From positions 9,723 through 73,722 of the forward strand of contig JBKECN010000077.1 of assembly GCA_047974565.1 (NCBI GenBank): 64,000 nucleotides of DNA. Reading direction: 5' to 3'. Position numbers and translations under genes: made by a program. A model generated the notes under the pieces. It saw nothing but the letters and a program-made list of their open reading frames with translations, did not search any database and was not told the DNA's origin. Below, one piece after another: positions 27,426 to 38,893 of the stretch. The stretch is from Actinomycetales bacterium. Its GTDB lineage: Bacteria; Actinomycetota; Actinomycetes; Actinomycetales; CAWJMD01. Every line of letters starts with the position of its first letter. Within the stretch, counting starts at the first letter, position 1.

Positions 27426-28337
27426 CTACGTTCGCACAGGTTCGACGAATCGTGCCCCGTGCACCGGACCGGTGACCCGTACCACGTCGCGACACACCTT
27501 CGCCGCGGACAGGGCAACGGACAGATCGAGGGCCTGCTCGGCGTCGGCGACGAGGAAGACCACGCTGGGCCCGGAGCCCGAGACGATGCCTCCGAGGGCT
27601 CCATCGGACAGGCCTACTTCGAGAGTCCTGGCCAGGGAGGGCATCAGACTGATCGCCGCCGGCTGCAAGTCGTTGTGCAGGTGCTGGCCGAGCGCATCGG
27701 CATCGCCCCGGCGCAGCGCGACCATGAGGGCGTCCGGGATCTCCAGGGGCGCCAACTGTCGGCCCTTGCGGAGCCGGTCGAGTTCGGCGTAGACCGCGGG
27801 GGTGGACAGCCCATCCTCGGCCAGGGCCACGACCCAGTGATAGGTGCCTCGGGTCATCGCAGCCGTCAATTGCTCGCCGCGGCCGGTACCGACCGCGGTG
27901 CCCCCCACGAGACAGAAGGGCACGTCCGATCCCAGCCGCGCCGCCAGGCCGGCCAACTCGGTCCGGCCCAGCCCGGTGTCCCACAGGTGGTCGCAGGCGA
28001 GCAGGGCCGCGGCGGCGTCGGCGGATCCCCCGGCCATGCCACCGGCCACCGGGATCCTCTTGGCGACGGTGAGATTGGCCCCGGCGGTCACTCGGGTGCG
28101 TCGGGCCAGCAAGCGGGCGGCTTTGACCGCGAGGTTCGTCCGGTCGTCGGGCACCTCCCCCGCCTGCGCCCCGTGCGTGGTGATCGTGATCACCTGGTCG
28201 GGGACGGCGATGAGCTCGTCATACAGGGAGACGGCTTGAAAGACGGTGGCCAGGTCGTGGTACCCGTCGGGCCGGGGGGCTGACACGCGCAGGGCAAGGT
28301 TGATCTTGGCCGGTACCCGCACCCGCACCTCACGCAC
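27426..28337 (-). CDS. ispE: 4-diphosphocytidyl-2-C-methyl-D-erythritol kinase
   Basis: 303 aa reading MREVRVRVPAKINLALRVSAPRPDGYHDLATVFQAVSLYDEL, with the GHMP-kinase motif IPVAGGMAGGSADAAA. Confidence 0.9.
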   Translation of the reverse strand: MREVRVRVPAKINLALRVSAPRPDGYHDLATVFQAVSLYDELIAVPDQVITITTHGAQAGEVPDDRTNLAVKAARLLARRTRVTAGANLTVAKRIPVAGGMAGGSADAAAALLACDHLWDTGLGRTELAGLAARLGSDVPFCLVGGTAVGTGRGEQLTAAMTRGTYHWVVALAEDGLSTPAVYAELDRLRKGRQLAPLEIPDALMVALRRGDADALGQHLHNDLQPAAISLMPSLARTLEVGLSDGALGGIVSGSGPSVVFLVADAEQALDLSVALSAAKVCRDVVRVTGPVHGARFVEPVRT

Positions 28338-28634
28338 GACTCGACCCTAGCCTGAACCGGGTTGGGGGTGGGCACGTGGCTCTGCGGGGCCGGTGGTTCT
28401 GCGGGCCGATGTGCCGTTCGCTCCCGGTGGAGACCGCGGTGGCCGCAGGTAGTACGTCCACGAGCTGGAGGCCGAAACGGGGTGCCGAAGTCGCGATGTG
28501 TGACGACGTCCGCGGCCCCAGGCAGTTGCCGACCCGATACGCCGCTCCGCTCCCGCGCCGTGAGGCTCCGCCCGCGGGGTGGGCGCCGACTGTTCCCGGC
28601 GAGTGTCGTGGCATCAGGCCAGTAGCCTGGTCCG

Positions 28635-29495
28635 GTGGGTGAAGGGTTGCTGGGGCCGAGCCAGGTGCGGGCGCTGGCCCAGCAGGTGGGAGTGCGGCCC
28701 ACCAAAACCCGGGGCCAGAACTTCGTGGTGGACGCGAATACGGTTCGTCGGATCGTCCGGGAGGCTCGGCTGACCCCCGGCGAGCAGGTGCTCGAGGTCG
28801 GCCCAGGCCTGGGCTCGCTGACCCTGGCGCTGTTGGAGGCCGGGCATCCGGTGACGGCAGTGGAGATCGATCCGGTTCTCGCGGGGGCCCTGCCCGCGAC
28901 CGTGTCGGCCAGGCTCCCGGGGCTGGCGGAGGGGCTGCGACTGATCACCGCGGACGCGTTGCAGGTGGACACCCTGCCCGAGCCCCAGCCGACCGCGCTG
29001 GTGGCGAATCTGCCGTACAACGTCGCGGTCCCGATCCTGCTGACCCTGCTGGCCAGGTTCGAGTCTCTGACGGGGGCGCTGGTCATGGTGCAGGCCGAGG
29101 TCGCGGACCGGCTGGTCGCCGGACCCGGCAGCCGGACCTACGGCGCTCCCTCGGCGAAGATCGCCTGGTACGGCACCGCGGAACGAGTGGGCGAGGTGTC
29201 GCGTTCGGTGTTCTGGCCGGTGCCCAATGTGGACTCCACGCTCGTACGAGTGACCCGGGGATCGGCGCGCGGCAGCGAGGCCGAGCGGGACCGCACCTTC
29301 GCAGTGGTCGACGCCGCCTTCGCCCAGCGGCGCAAGACACTGCGAGCCGCCTTGACGAGTTGGGCCGGGTCCGCGTCCAGGGCGCAGCACCTGCTGGAAG
29401 CCGCCGGGGTGGACCCGGGATGGCGTGGTGAGCGGCTCACCATCGACCAGTTCCACGCGATCGCAGCCGAGCAGGAGTGCCCGACCAGCACCTGA
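28635..29495 (+). CDS. rsmA: 16S rRNA (adenine1518/1519-N6)-dimethyltransferase
   Basis: GTG start. Sequence contains [31 protein letters not shown] and [12 protein letters not shown]. Confidence 0.9.
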   Translation: MGEGLLGPSQVRALAQQVGVRPTKTRGQNFVVDANTVRRIVREARLTPGEQVLEVGPGLGSLTLALLEAGHPVTAVEIDPVLAGALPATVSARLPGLAEGLRLITADALQVDTLPEPQPTALVANLPYNVAVPILLTLLARFESLTGALVMVQAEVADRLVAGPGSRTYGAPSAKIAWYGTAERVGEVSRSVFWPVPNVDSTLVRVTRGSARGSEAERDRTFAVVDAAFAQRRKTLRAALTSWAGSASRAQHLLEAAGVDPGWRGERLTIDQFHAIAAEQECPTST

Positions 29496-29634
29496 CAGCC
29501 ACCTCGTCCCGAAGTTCAGCTGATCCCGACAAGGCGCGCAGGCGCCAACGGCATGCCAACGTCGTCACATACCGCGACCTTGGCATACCGCTGTCCGCGG
29601 CCAGAGGTCACCGCAGCGCGACTAGGCTTGCGGC

Positions 29635-31434
29635 ATGACGCATGTGCTCTCCGCAGTTGCCTGGCCGTACGCCAACGGCCCCCGACATATCGGCCACGTT
29701 GCCGGTTTCGGGGTTCCGTCCGACGTGTTCAGCCGGTACATGCGGATGGCCGGGCACGACGTGCTGATGGTCTCCGGCACAGACGAGCACGGCACGCCGA
29801 TCCTCGTCCAGGCCGAGCACGAAGGTGCCACCCCGCGGGAGCTGGCCGACCGGTACAACCGGATGATCGTGGAGGACCTGGCCGCCCTCGGCCTCTCGTA
29901 CGACCTGTTCACCCGCACCACCACCCGCAACCACTACGCGGTCGCCCAGGAACTCTTCCTCGGCAACTGGCGTAACGGCTACATGATCGAGGAGAGCCAG
30001 CGCGGAGCGATCTCGCCGTCCACCGGGCGCACCCTGCCGGACCGCTACATCGAGGGCACCTGCCCGCACTGCGGCTACGACTCGGCGCGGGGAGACCAGT
30101 GCGACAACTGCGGACGCCAGCTCGACCCGGAGGAACTCGGCAACCCCCGATCCCGGATCAACGGCGAGACCCCGGAGTTCGTCCAGACGACGCACTTCTT
30201 CCTCGATCTGCCCGCGCTGGCCGAAGCCCTGTCGACCTGGTTGCACGAGAAGGAGGCGGACGGGCTGTGGCGACCCAACGTCATCCGGTTCTCGCTCAAC
30301 CTGCTGGACGACATCCGGCCCCGGGCGATGACCCGGGACATCGACTGGGGCATTCCGGTTCCTCTGGAGGGCTGGATCGACAATCCGAACAAGCGGTTGT
30401 ACGTCTGGTTCGACGCCGTGGTCGGGTACCTGTCGGCCTCCATCGAATGGGCCCGGCGCAGCGGCGACCCGGACGGCTGGCGCAAGTGGTGGAACGACCC
30501 GGAGGCACTGTCCTACTACTTCATGGGCAAGGACAACATCACCTTCCACTCCCAGATCTGGCCGGCTGAGTTGCTCGGCTACGCCGGCAAGGGCTCTCGT
30601 GGTGGCGAGCCTGGTGTCTACGGTGAACTGAATCTGCCCACCGAGGTGGTCTCGAGCGAGTTCCTCACCATGGAGGGCAAACAGTTCTCCTCCTCGCGTG
30701 GCGTGGTGATCTATGTGCGAGACATGCTCTCGCGCTACCAGCCGGACGCGCTGCGGTACTTCATCTGTGCCGCCGGACCGGAGAACCAGGACACCGACTT
30801 CACCTGGGCCGAGTTCGTCCGGCGTACCAACGACGAGTTGGTGGCCGGCTGGGGCAATCTGGTGAACAGGACAGCAAGTCTCATCCACAAGAACCTGGGC
30901 TCCATCCCGGAGCCGGGTGAGCTGACTGCCGAGGACGAGGCACTGCTGGCGACGAGTGCTGCGGGCTTCCAGGCCGTGGGCTCGCTGCTGGAGAACCACC
31001 GGCAGAAGCAGGCCCTGGCCGAGGCGATGCGGATCGTCGGCGAGGTGAACCGCTACCTGTCAGACACCGCCCCGTGGGCCCTGAAGAAGACTGACCCAGC
31101 GCGGATGGCCACCGTTCTTCACGTTGCGGCACAAGCTATCTCGGACTGCAACACGCTGCTGGCACCGTTCCTGCCGCACTCCGCGCAACGGGTGCACGAG
31201 GCCTTCGGACGCACCGGCGTGTTCGCGCCGATGCCGCAGATCGTCGAGGTGGACGACCTCGACGGCGAGGGCAGTTACCCGGTGCTCATGGGCGACTACA
31301 GCCAGGTGCCGCGCTGGGAGTCGACGCCGATCGTCCCGGGCACGCCGGTGGCCAAGCCCACCCCGGTCTTCACCAAGCTCGAGACCTCGGTGGTCGATGA
31401 CGAGCTGGCCAAGATGCGAGACGAGGCGGAGTAG
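29635..31434 (+). CDS. metG: Methionine--tRNA ligase
   Basis: 599 aa with a HIGH-type motif ([14 protein letters not shown]), a Zn knuckle ([18 protein letters not shown]) and a KMSKS-type loop (KQFSSSRG). Confidence 0.9.
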   Translation: MTHVLSAVAWPYANGPRHIGHVAGFGVPSDVFSRYMRMAGHDVLMVSGTDEHGTPILVQAEHEGATPRELADRYNRMIVEDLAALGLSYDLFTRTTTRNHYAVAQELFLGNWRNGYMIEESQRGAISPSTGRTLPDRYIEGTCPHCGYDSARGDQCDNCGRQLDPEELGNPRSRINGETPEFVQTTHFFLDLPALAEALSTWLHEKEADGLWRPNVIRFSLNLLDDIRPRAMTRDIDWGIPVPLEGWIDNPNKRLYVWFDAVVGYLSASIEWARRSGDPDGWRKWWNDPEALSYYFMGKDNITFHSQIWPAELLGYAGKGSRGGEPGVYGELNLPTEVVSSEFLTMEGKQFSSSRGVVIYVRDMLSRYQPDALRYFICAAGPENQDTDFTWAEFVRRTNDELVAGWGNLVNRTASLIHKNLGSIPEPGELTAEDEALLATSAAGFQAVGSLLENHRQKQALAEAMRIVGEVNRYLSDTAPWALKKTDPARMATVLHVAAQAISDCNTLLAPFLPHSAQRVHEAFGRTGVFAPMPQIVEVDDLDGEGSYPVLMGDYSQVPRWESTPIVPGTPVAKPTPVFTKLETSVVDDELAKMRDEAE

Positions 31435-31441
31435 CCGCCCG

Positions 31442-32305
31442 ATGGCAGAGCGACAGCAGCGCAAGGACTCTCACGTTCGGCCGCCACTGCCCGAGCCGTT
31501 GCCCGATGGTTTCGCGGTGGTGGACAACCACGCCCACCTCGATCACGAGGCGGACGACGACACGGTGCGAGCCCTGCTGTCGGCGGCCCGCGAGGTGGGC
31601 GTCGACCGCCACGTCAGCGTCGGCTGCGACCTGGATTCGGCACGATGGACGGTCGGTGCGGTGCAGCGTTTCCCCGAGGTGCTGGGCGGCGTGGCGATTC
31701 ACCCGAACGAGGCCCCCCGGCGTGCGGCAGCCGGTGACCTGGACGAGGCGCTCGCCGAGATCGAGCGCCTGGCGGGCCATCCCCGGATACGCGTGGTGGG
31801 TGAGACGGGCATGGACACCTTCCGCACCGACTTCGCCGACACCGCAGCGGCGGCCGCTCAGGAGGCGTCCTTTCGGGCCCACATCGAGTTGGCCAAGCGG
31901 CTGGACAAGCCGATGCAGATCCACGACCGGGACGCCCACGAGGAGGTGCTGGCGGTGTTGGCCGACGCCGGCGCTCCCGAACGCACTGTGTTTCACTGCT
32001 TCTCCGGGGACGCCGAGATGGCCCGTCTCTGCGCCGGGCAGGGGTGGCATGTCTCGTTCGCCGGCCCGGTGACCTTCAAGAACGCCGCCGGTCTGCGGGC
32101 GGCACTGGCCGAGGTCCCGCTGGAACTGCTTCTCGTCGAGACGGATTCGCCGTACCTGACCCCGATGCCGTACCGCGGGCGGCCGAACTCCGGTTATCTG
32201 GTGCCGTTGACCGTCCGGGCGATGGCCGAGGTGCTCGACCTGCCGGTGGAGCAGGTCTGCCAGTCGATCTCGGCGAACAGTGAGGCCCTCTACGGACCGT
32301 GGTGA
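31442..32305 (+). CDS. tatD: TatD-family metal-dependent hydrolase
   Basis: ATG 31442. Sequence contains VDNHAHLD, GETGMD, IHDRDAHEE, FHCFSG and ETDSPYL. Confidence 0.85.
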   Translation: MAERQQRKDSHVRPPLPEPLPDGFAVVDNHAHLDHEADDDTVRALLSAAREVGVDRHVSVGCDLDSARWTVGAVQRFPEVLGGVAIHPNEAPRRAAAGDLDEALAEIERLAGHPRIRVVGETGMDTFRTDFADTAAAAAQEASFRAHIELAKRLDKPMQIHDRDAHEEVLAVLADAGAPERTVFHCFSGDAEMARLCAGQGWHVSFAGPVTFKNAAGLRAALAEVPLELLLVETDSPYLTPMPYRGRPNSGYLVPLTVRAMAEVLDLPVEQVCQSISANSEALYGPW

Positions 32306-32350
32306 GGCGAGCGCGGACACCCCACTGCGATGCCCGCACTCAGCACCAGG

Positions 32351-34375
32351 TCAGGCGCGGCGGATCCGCAACTTCTCCCCGCTCACCGTCGCCCCGGAGA
32401 TCCGTCGCAGCGCGGCCGAGGACAGCTTGGCGCCGATCTCCACGGTGGAGTGACCGTCGAAGATGTCGATCCGGCCGAGGTCCGACCCGGCAAGCCCACC
32501 CTCCCCGGTGATGGCACCGACGATGGCGGCCGGCCGAACGCCGTGGCGCCTGCCAACCTCCACCCGGTACCGCACACCGAGTGGGCCGTCGTGCCGGGTG
32601 CGACGCGGTTCACGCCGCGGGCCCACCGGACCACGATCTGCGCCCGCGGGGGCACGGTGGCGTCCGGCGCCCCGTCCGGCTCGGCCGGTGCCATGACCGG
32701 CCCAGTCTCGTCCGCCTCGGCCTGACTCTGCCCGGGTGTCGCGCCCGTCCGCGTCGGTGCCGCGACGGGCACGCTTTGCGGAGGGCGCCATGCGCGGGGC
32801 ACCGTCGTCGCCGGCGGCGCTGGCCAGCAGCGCGGCGGCCAGATCCTCGACGGTCAGGTCGTTCGCTTCGGCGAATGCACCGAGTTGCTCCTTGAACAGG
32901 GCGATCCGCTCGCCTTGGAGCCGGGAGGCGGCACTCTGCATCAGCCGCGTCGTGCGATGGGCGGCCAGATCGGCGGCGCTGGGCGGCACGATCTCGGTCA
33001 GGTCGGCGCCAGTGGCGCGCTGAATCACCCTGATCTTGAACGTTTCTCGCGGCGTGAAGAAGGTTACGGCCTTGCCATTGCGGCCGGCCCGGCCGGTGCG
33101 CCCGATCCGGTGGACGTAGGTCTCCGGGTCGCGTGGGGCGTCGAAGTTGTAGACCGTGCCAATCCGCTCCACGTCGAGCCCGCGAGCGGCAACATCGGTG
33201 GCGACCACGACGTCCAGGCTTCCCTCGCGAAGCCGGCTGACGATCCGCTCGCGTTCACGCTGGGGTACGTCCCCGTTCAAGGACGCCGCCGCGACCTTGC
33301 GGGCCACCAGGGCGGTGGCCACCTCCTCGCACGCGGACTTGGTGCGCACGAAGACGATGCTGGCCGCTCCCGGCTGCTCGCGCGCGGGTCCGCCGTTCGG
33401 AGCAGCCGATTGGGCGGTACCGCGGGTCAGCGCATCGAACTCGAGCAGCCGGGACAGGGCATCCACCTTGGCGGGGAACGGGACCACCGCGTAGGTCTGC
33501 TCGACGGTGCCGGTGGTGAGGGTCTGGGTGCGGATGCTCACGTCCACCGGACGGTTGAGGTGAGCCGAGGCCACTGCCCGGATGGCCGGCGGCATGGTGG
33601 CCGAGAACAGTGCCGTCTGGCGTCCCTCAGCGGCTGTGGGGGCGTCGCGCAGAATCCGGTCCACGTCCTCGGCGAAGCCCATGGTGAGCATCTCGTCGGC
33701 CTCGTCCAGGACGAGGAAACGCAGGTCGGACAGGCGCAGGGTGCCACGGTCGAGGTGATCGATAACCCGCCCAGGCGTGCCGACGACGACTTGGGCGCCC
33801 CGCGCCAGCGCCTGCCGCTGGGGGTGGAAGGGGGAGCCTCCGTACACGGTGACGAAGCTCAGCCCCTTGAGGCCGGTTGCGAAGGATTCCAGGGCCGCGC
33901 TCACTTGGAGGGCGAGTTCGCGGGTGGGGCACAGGACGAGCGCCTGGACGGTGTCCAGCCGCGGGTCGATCGCGGCCAGCAGGGGCAGGCCGAAGGCTGC
34001 GGTCTTGCCGGTGCCGGTCTGGGCCACGCCGGCCACGTCACGTCCGTCGAGCAGCGCCGGGATGGCGGCCGACTGGATCGCGGTCGGGGAGGTGAAGCCG
34101 AGTGCCGCTACGGCGCGCGAGATCGGGCGAGGAAGGTCGAAGTCGGTGAAGCGGGGCAGGTCGTCCTGCTCTGCCGGCGAGCCCGGCTCGACGATGGGGC
34201 CCGCCGAGCGGCCAGCGGTGCCGGAGGTGGAACTGGCGTGGGCAGTGGACGATTCGCTGGAGGAGTCAGTGATGGATGAGTCAGTGATGGATGAGTCGTC
34301 GATGGTGGGGAGGGCAGGCTCGGGCGAGCTGCCGTCCCAGGTGGGGACGTGCGTCATGAAATACGTGCCAATCAT
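32351..34375 (-). CDS. DEAD-box ATP-dependent RNA helicase with a C-terminal DbpA-like RNA-binding domain
   Basis: Motifs AQTGTGKT, VLDEADEM, SAT and HRIGRTGRAG. It has an R/G-rich linker and the C-terminal sequence GAITGEGGLAGSDLGRIDIFDGHSTVEI. The start is ATG 34375 or 34357. Confidence 0.9.
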   Translation of the reverse strand: MIGTYFMTHVPTWDGSSPEPALPTIDDSSITDSSITDSSSESSTAHASSTSGTAGRSAGPIVEPGSPAEQDDLPRFTDFDLPRPISRAVAALGFTSPTAIQSAAIPALLDGRDVAGVAQTGTGKTAAFGLPLLAAIDPRLDTVQALVLCPTRELALQVSAALESFATGLKGLSFVTVYGGSPFHPQRQALARGAQVVVGTPGRVIDHLDRGTLRLSDLRFLVLDEADEMLTMGFAEDVDRILRDAPTAAEGRQTALFSATMPPAIRAVASAHLNRPVDVSIRTQTLTTGTVEQTYAVVPFPAKVDALSRLLEFDALTRGTAQSAAPNGGPAREQPGAASIVFVRTKSACEEVATALVARKVAAASLNGDVPQRERERIVSRLREGSLDVVVATDVAARGLDVERIGTVYNFDAPRDPETYVHRIGRTGRAGRNGKAVTFFTPRETFKIRVIQRATGADLTEIVPPSAADLAAHRTTRLMQSAASRLQGERIALFKEQLGAFAEANDLTVEDLAAALLASAAGDDGAPRMAPSAKRARRGTDADGRDTRAESGRGGRDWAGHGTGRAGRGAGRHRAPAGADRGPVGPRREPRRTRHDGPLGVRYRVEVGRRHGVRPAAIVGAITGEGGLAGSDLGRIDIFDGHSTVEIGAKLSSAALRRISGATVSGEKLRIRRA

Positions 34376-34668
34376 GGGAAAGTCGCCGACTCTGCGGCGA
34401 CTGGTGGGTGGGCGAGCCCGGCTGCTACGCCGGCGCGGTCGCGCGCACCCTCAACCATGGGCCTGGCGACAACACTCGAAGAACGCCATCCAGTGTACCG
34501 GTCTCCGGGAGCCCGACTGACCACCAGCCTGGTCAGTGGTCGCCGCTGGCCCGGTGCGAAGCGTCCCGCGGTACCTCAGGATCACGGTTCCGGTTCCACG
34601 CCGGCGCCTCACCCGTGGCCGCTGGTGCCTCGCCCATGGCGATATCCCGCACGTCCTGCGGTCGAGGG

Positions 34669-35457
34669 TCAGCGGACGACCAGCGCCCCGGCCAGGCCGA
34701 CGAAGAGCGTGCCCAGCACCCTGTCGATACCCCGCCTGGCCCGGGCGTATCCGGCCTGGACGGTCGGGGCGCCCGCCAGAACGGCGGTGAAGGCGAACCA
34801 GAGCACGGCCAGCAGGACCATCGACGCGGCCACCGCCACCTTCTCCCCCGTGCTGGTGTGGGCGGGCATCAGGCTGGCAAGGAGGGCGCCGAAGAACACC
34901 AGTGCCTTCGGATTGGCCAGATTCGTCAGCAGACCCAGCCGGTAGGCAGCCCACCAGGACCGGGTGGCGCCCGCGGCGGATGCCTCCGGTGTGCCGACCG
35001 AGACGGACTTCGCGCTCTCCACCGGGACGGACCCGACCCCGACCCTGTTCGCAGCCGGTGCCGCGTCGACGGCTGATGCCTGGTCGACGGACGAAGCCTG
35101 GTCGACGGACGAAGCCTGGTCCATGGCCCCGGCGTCAGCGCGCTGCGGTGGGCTCGTCCGGCGGGTGTGCCAGAGGATGAGCAGGCCGTAGCCGGCCAAG
35201 AAGGCCGCCCCGGCGATCCGCAGGCCCTGGTACAGCCCCGCGTGCGCGGCGATCAGCACGGAGATGCCGGTGAGCGCCAGGATGATCCAGCAACTGATGC
35301 CGCTCACGACGCCGGCTGCCACGAAGAGTCCGTCCCGACGCCCGTACTTGGCTCCGGAGCGCAGCACGGCGACGAAGTCGGGTCCGGGTGAGGCGACGGC
35401 GATCGCCCAGGTGATCAGCAGCGCCAGCCAGGCAGCGGTGGTCACTGGCTCCTCCAT
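34669..35457 (-). CDS. LysE/RhtB-family amino-acid exporter with a repeat-containing central loop insert
   Basis: N-terminus LALLITWAIAVASPGPDFVAVL and C-terminal half LLTNLANPKALVFFGALL are LysE-like. The central loop carries DQASSV-DQASSV-DQASAV, encoded by an 18-bp tandem repeat at about 35078-35125. Confidence 0.8.
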   Translation of the reverse strand: MEEPVTTAAWLALLITWAIAVASPGPDFVAVLRSGAKYGRRDGLFVAAGVVSGISCWIILALTGISVLIAAHAGLYQGLRIAGAAFLAGYGLLILWHTRRTSPPQRADAGAMDQASSVDQASSVDQASAVDAAPAANRVGVGSVPVESAKSVSVGTPEASAAGATRSWWAAYRLGLLTNLANPKALVFFGALLASLMPAHTSTGEKVAVAASMVLLAVLWFAFTAVLAGAPTVQAGYARARRGIDRVLGTLFVGLAGALVVR

Positions 35458-35913
35458 GGGTTGAGGCGGGATCGACTCCCGCGGTTGGGCCCGTCCGTGA
35501 CGCCGAGGGTGGCGCCGGTCGGCAGCCTCGTGCGAAACGGTCGCAGAGGCACATTCTGGTGCGCTGAGCCTCGTTCTGCCTAACAGATCCCACCTTCGCG
35601 AACCGCGACGGATTCAGACGAACTCCCGGCTGGCCATGGCAACCGCAACCGGGAGTCGGCCGGTCCAGGGCGTGCCATGACAACCGGATCCGCGCTGGCG
35701 TGGCGGGCGTCACCACTCCCCGCCTTGCGCCGATCACCTCCCACTCGCTCGATTCCCGCACCAGGGTCGGTCTCGCACGCAAGCCGGGACAGCACGAAAA
35801 CCAGGACTGCACGGACGGGCGACGACGGCCAGCAGGGTTTTACGCCCCTCGCGCCGCAAAAGTCACAACCCCAACCGCCCTTGACGCCCGTCCCACTGGC
35901 ACGATGACGTCCC

Positions 35914-36765
35914 ATGGCCGACAAGAAGCAACCCAAGCTCAGCAAGAAGGTGTACGAGGCCGAGTTGCTGCGCCTGCAGCTCGAACTTGTCAAGATGCAG
36001 GAATGGATCAAGGCGGAGGGTCAGCGACTCGTCGTCATCTTCGAGGGCCGCGACGCCGCCGGTAAGGGTGGGGCGATCAAGCGGATCACCGCCTACCTCA
36101 ACCCCCGCGTCGCCCGGGCGGTGGCACTGCCCGCGCCGACCGAGCGGGAACGTACCGAGTGGTACTTCCAGCGCTACGTGCCGCACCTGCCTGCCGCCGG
36201 CGAGATCACCCTGTTCGACCGGTCCTGGTACAACCGGGCGGGTGTGGAGCGGGTGATGGGGTTCTGCACCCCCGAGGAGCACCGCCGGTTCCTGCACCAG
36301 GCGCCGATCTTCGAGCGGTTGCTCGTCGAGGACGGGATCATGGTGCGCAAGTACTGGTTCTCGGTTTCGGACACCGAGCAGGAGCGACGCTTCAAGTCAC
36401 GGCTGGTCGACCCGATGCGGCGGTGGAAGTTGTCGCCGATGGACCTGGAGTCGATCTCGCGGTGGGAGGAGTACTCCCGGGCCAAGGACGAGATGATGGT
36501 GCACACCGACATCCCCGAAGCGCCCTGGTACGTGGTGGAAAGCGACGTCAAGAAGCGGGCGCGGCTCAACATGATCGCCCACCTGCTGTCCGTGGTCCCA
36601 TACACCGACGTGCCCCAGCCCGAGTTGAACCTGCCCAAGCGCCCAGCGTCCACCGGGTACAAGCGCACCCCGCGCTCGCTGCAGAACATCGTCAAGGATC
36701 ACTCGGCCACTCTGGATCTGCCCTCGCCCAAGCCTGCCTCGGTCAAGGGGACCAAGCACAAGTAA
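35914..36765 (+). CDS. ppk2: Polyphosphate kinase 2
   Basis: 283 aa containing VVIFEGRDAAGKGGAIKRI (Walker A), FDRSWYNRAGVERVMGF and RWKLSPMDLES. Confidence 0.9.
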   Translation: MADKKQPKLSKKVYEAELLRLQLELVKMQEWIKAEGQRLVVIFEGRDAAGKGGAIKRITAYLNPRVARAVALPAPTERERTEWYFQRYVPHLPAAGEITLFDRSWYNRAGVERVMGFCTPEEHRRFLHQAPIFERLLVEDGIMVRKYWFSVSDTEQERRFKSRLVDPMRRWKLSPMDLESISRWEEYSRAKDEMMVHTDIPEAPWYVVESDVKKRARLNMIAHLLSVVPYTDVPQPELNLPKRPASTGYKRTPRSLQNIVKDHSATLDLPSPKPASVKGTKHK

Positions 36766-36862
36766 CCGGCTCCTCACCGGCAGGCCGGGCCGGGGCAGCA
36801 CCACCAGCACGGGCCACGCTCGTGCGGGTGGTCGTCCGGCTGGTTGGCGCGAGCCGGCGTCG

Positions 36863-37987
36863 TCAGTTCTGGGTGGCCGACCGGTGCACTCGTGCGCGAT
36901 CGCCGGAGCCGGGGGCGAAGACCCACCGGTCGCGGCCCGCGTGTTTGGCCTGGTACAGCGAAGCATCGGCGGCTGCGGTGAGTCGCCAGATCCACTCGGC
37001 GCCCTCCCCCGCGGCGGCTTCGGCCACCGCCACCCCCACCGAGCAGGTGGGGCGTACCGGTGGGCCCTCGTCGGTGGGCACCCGGACCGAGCCGACAGTG
37101 GCATGCAGCCGCGCGGCCATCCGTTCGGCATCCAGCCGTCCGTCCACCCAACTGAGCACGAGGATCTCCTCGCCCCCGGTTCGCGCCGCGACGTCGGCGG
37201 CCCGCACACAACCACGAACGGCGTCCGCGACCGCCAAGAGCACGTTGTCGCCCACCTGGTGCCCGTGGGAGTCGTTGATCTCCTTGAAGTGGTCGAGGTC
37301 GAGCACGAAAGCGGCCACCCACTGCTTCTCGCGCACCGCACCAGCGACGAAGATCGGGGCGTGATCGTCGACGAAACGACGGTTGGCCAGGCCGGTGAGC
37401 GGATCGGTGTTGGACAGTTCCCGCACCCGGATGAGCGATTGCTCGGCCCGGCGCCGCAGCATCCACGTGCCGTACCCGGTCAGCACGAGCGCGGTGGTGT
37501 TCCAGGCCACCTGAATGCCCCAGATCAGCAGGTCGTCATAGGCGCGGACGGTGGCGACACCGAGCACGAACGGGGTGAGCGCACATTGGAGCATGAACGG
37601 CCCACGGCCCAACAACATCGCGGCGAAGATCATCGGGATGACGAGCATCACGGGGCTGGCGAAGCGCAACGGATCGTACGACGCCCACCCCGCCACCCCG
37701 CAGACGATGTTGGCGTTGATCACCAGCAGCGGGAACAGGCAGCGCCGCCACCGGTAACGAAGGCTGAGGGCGGTTGCCAAGACGGTGATGCCCAGCACCG
37801 AGGCGCTGAACAGGACCGACGGGAGCCCGGGCCGCAGCGCGCCGGGTACCACCAGGCTTGACTGGGCGATGACCGAGAGGATGGCGGCGAAGATTCCCAG
37901 GCGACGGGTCCAACCCGGCGTCATCCAAGCGGCGAAATCAGTGCGCGAGCGGTTGCCCGTCACACCGAATCCCGTCACCTGGTCCAC
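36863..37987 (-). CDS. Membrane-anchored diguanylate cyclase (GGDEF domain, GGEEI variant)
   Basis: About 180 aa of N-terminal TM region, followed by DPLTGLANRR...DLDHFKEINDSHGHQVGDNVL...RTGGEEILVL. Confidence 0.85.
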   Translation of the reverse strand: MDQVTGFGVTGNRSRTDFAAWMTPGWTRRLGIFAAILSVIAQSSLVVPGALRPGLPSVLFSASVLGITVLATALSLRYRWRRCLFPLLVINANIVCGVAGWASYDPLRFASPVMLVIPMIFAAMLLGRGPFMLQCALTPFVLGVATVRAYDDLLIWGIQVAWNTTALVLTGYGTWMLRRRAEQSLIRVRELSNTDPLTGLANRRFVDDHAPIFVAGAVREKQWVAAFVLDLDHFKEINDSHGHQVGDNVLLAVADAVRGCVRAADVAARTGGEEILVLSWVDGRLDAERMAARLHATVGSVRVPTDEGPPVRPTCSVGVAVAEAAAGEGAEWIWRLTAAADASLYQAKHAGRDRWVFAPGSGDRARVHRSATQN

Positions 37988-37990
37988 ACG

Positions 37991-38893
37991 TCATCCCCTC
38001 GAGCCACCGGCAGCGATAACCGCCTCATAGAGGTCTCTCGTGCTAACTCCGGTGCCCCTTGACACTCTTCTGGCTGCTTCCCTCAGGCTGATACCTGTTC
38101 GGCGTAAGGTTTCGACGTCAACCACCAATTCCGCCAGAGCCACGCTCGCTGGCGGGGCTCCTGCGACGACGAGGGTGATTTCGCCTAAGACCTCGCGCTC
38201 AGACCATTTGAGTAGTTCCGCCAGAGTCCCCCGCACCACTTCTTCGTGCGTCTTCGTAAGTTCTCGACACAACGCGGCTTGTCGGTCTTGACCAAAGGTC
38301 TCCGCCATGGCCTGCAGCAGGCTCCGGACCCGGTGCGGCGCCTCGAAGAACACCATCGTGCGCGGCTCCTGCGCGAGCGACTGCAGGGCACGACTGCGCT
38401 CGCCGGGCTTGCGCGCCGCGAACCCCTCGAAGGAGAACCGGTCGGTGGGCAGACCACTGACGGCCAGGGCCGCGAGAACGGCGGACGGCCCGGGCACACA
38501 GGTGACGATCACCCCCGCCTCGATGGCTTCGCGGACCACGCGGTACCCGGGGTCCGAGACAGAGGGCATCCCGGCGTCGCTGACGATGAGCACCGTGGCA
38601 CCGGCCAGGGCTCGTTGCACCAACCCGGCCGCACTGCGCGACTCGTTATGGTCGTGATGGGCCACCACGTGGCCGCGCGGGGTGATGCCAAGGCCGACCA
38701 ACAGCCGCCGGAGCCGCCGCGTGTCCTCGGCCGCGATGAGGTCGGCCTCAGCCAGGAGTTCACACAGTCGCGGCGAGGCGTCCATCCGGTCGCCGATCGG
38801 GGTGGCGGCCAGGACGATGCGCCCGGACTGCCCCGCGGACACGCGCGCCGCGGGCATGGGGGCCGGCGCGCCGGCCTCGCTGTTGCTCGACAT
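37991..38893 (-). CDS. rsmI: 16S rRNA (cytidine1402-2'-O)-methyltransferase
   Basis: Long ORF trimmed to ATG 38893. Sequence contains LAATPIGD, AAEDTRRLRRLL, SDAGMPSVSDPG and FFEAPHR. Confidence 0.85.
   Translation of the reverse strand: MSSNSEAGAPAPMPAARVSAGQSGRIVLAATPIGDRMDASPRLCELLAEADLIAAEDTRRLRRLLVGLGITPRGHVVAHHDHNESRSAAGLVQRALAGATVLIVSDAGMPSVSDPGYRVVREAIEAGVIVTCVPGPSAVLAALAVSGLPTDRFSFEGFAARKPGERSRALQSLAQEPRTMVFFEAPHRVRSLLQAMAETFGQDRQAALCRELTKTHEEVVRGTLAELLKWSEREVLGEITLVVAGAPPASVALAELVVDVETLRRTGISLREAARRVSRGTGVSTRDLYEAVIAAGGSRG

Noticed and set aside
27426-29495. Head-to-head orientation of ispE and rsmA (usually co-directional neighbours in mycobacteria), and co-directional metG-tatD, as evidence of a local inversion.
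   Set aside because: Gene order in this organism's close relatives is unknown to me. All genes are intact and no repeats flank the junction, so this is probably ordinary lineage-specific synteny.
35458-35913. The 456-bp intergenic region upstream of ppk2, examined for a riboswitch or small RNA.
   Set aside because: I could see no recognisable conserved riboswitch core, no terminator/antiterminator pair and no convincing promoter elements.
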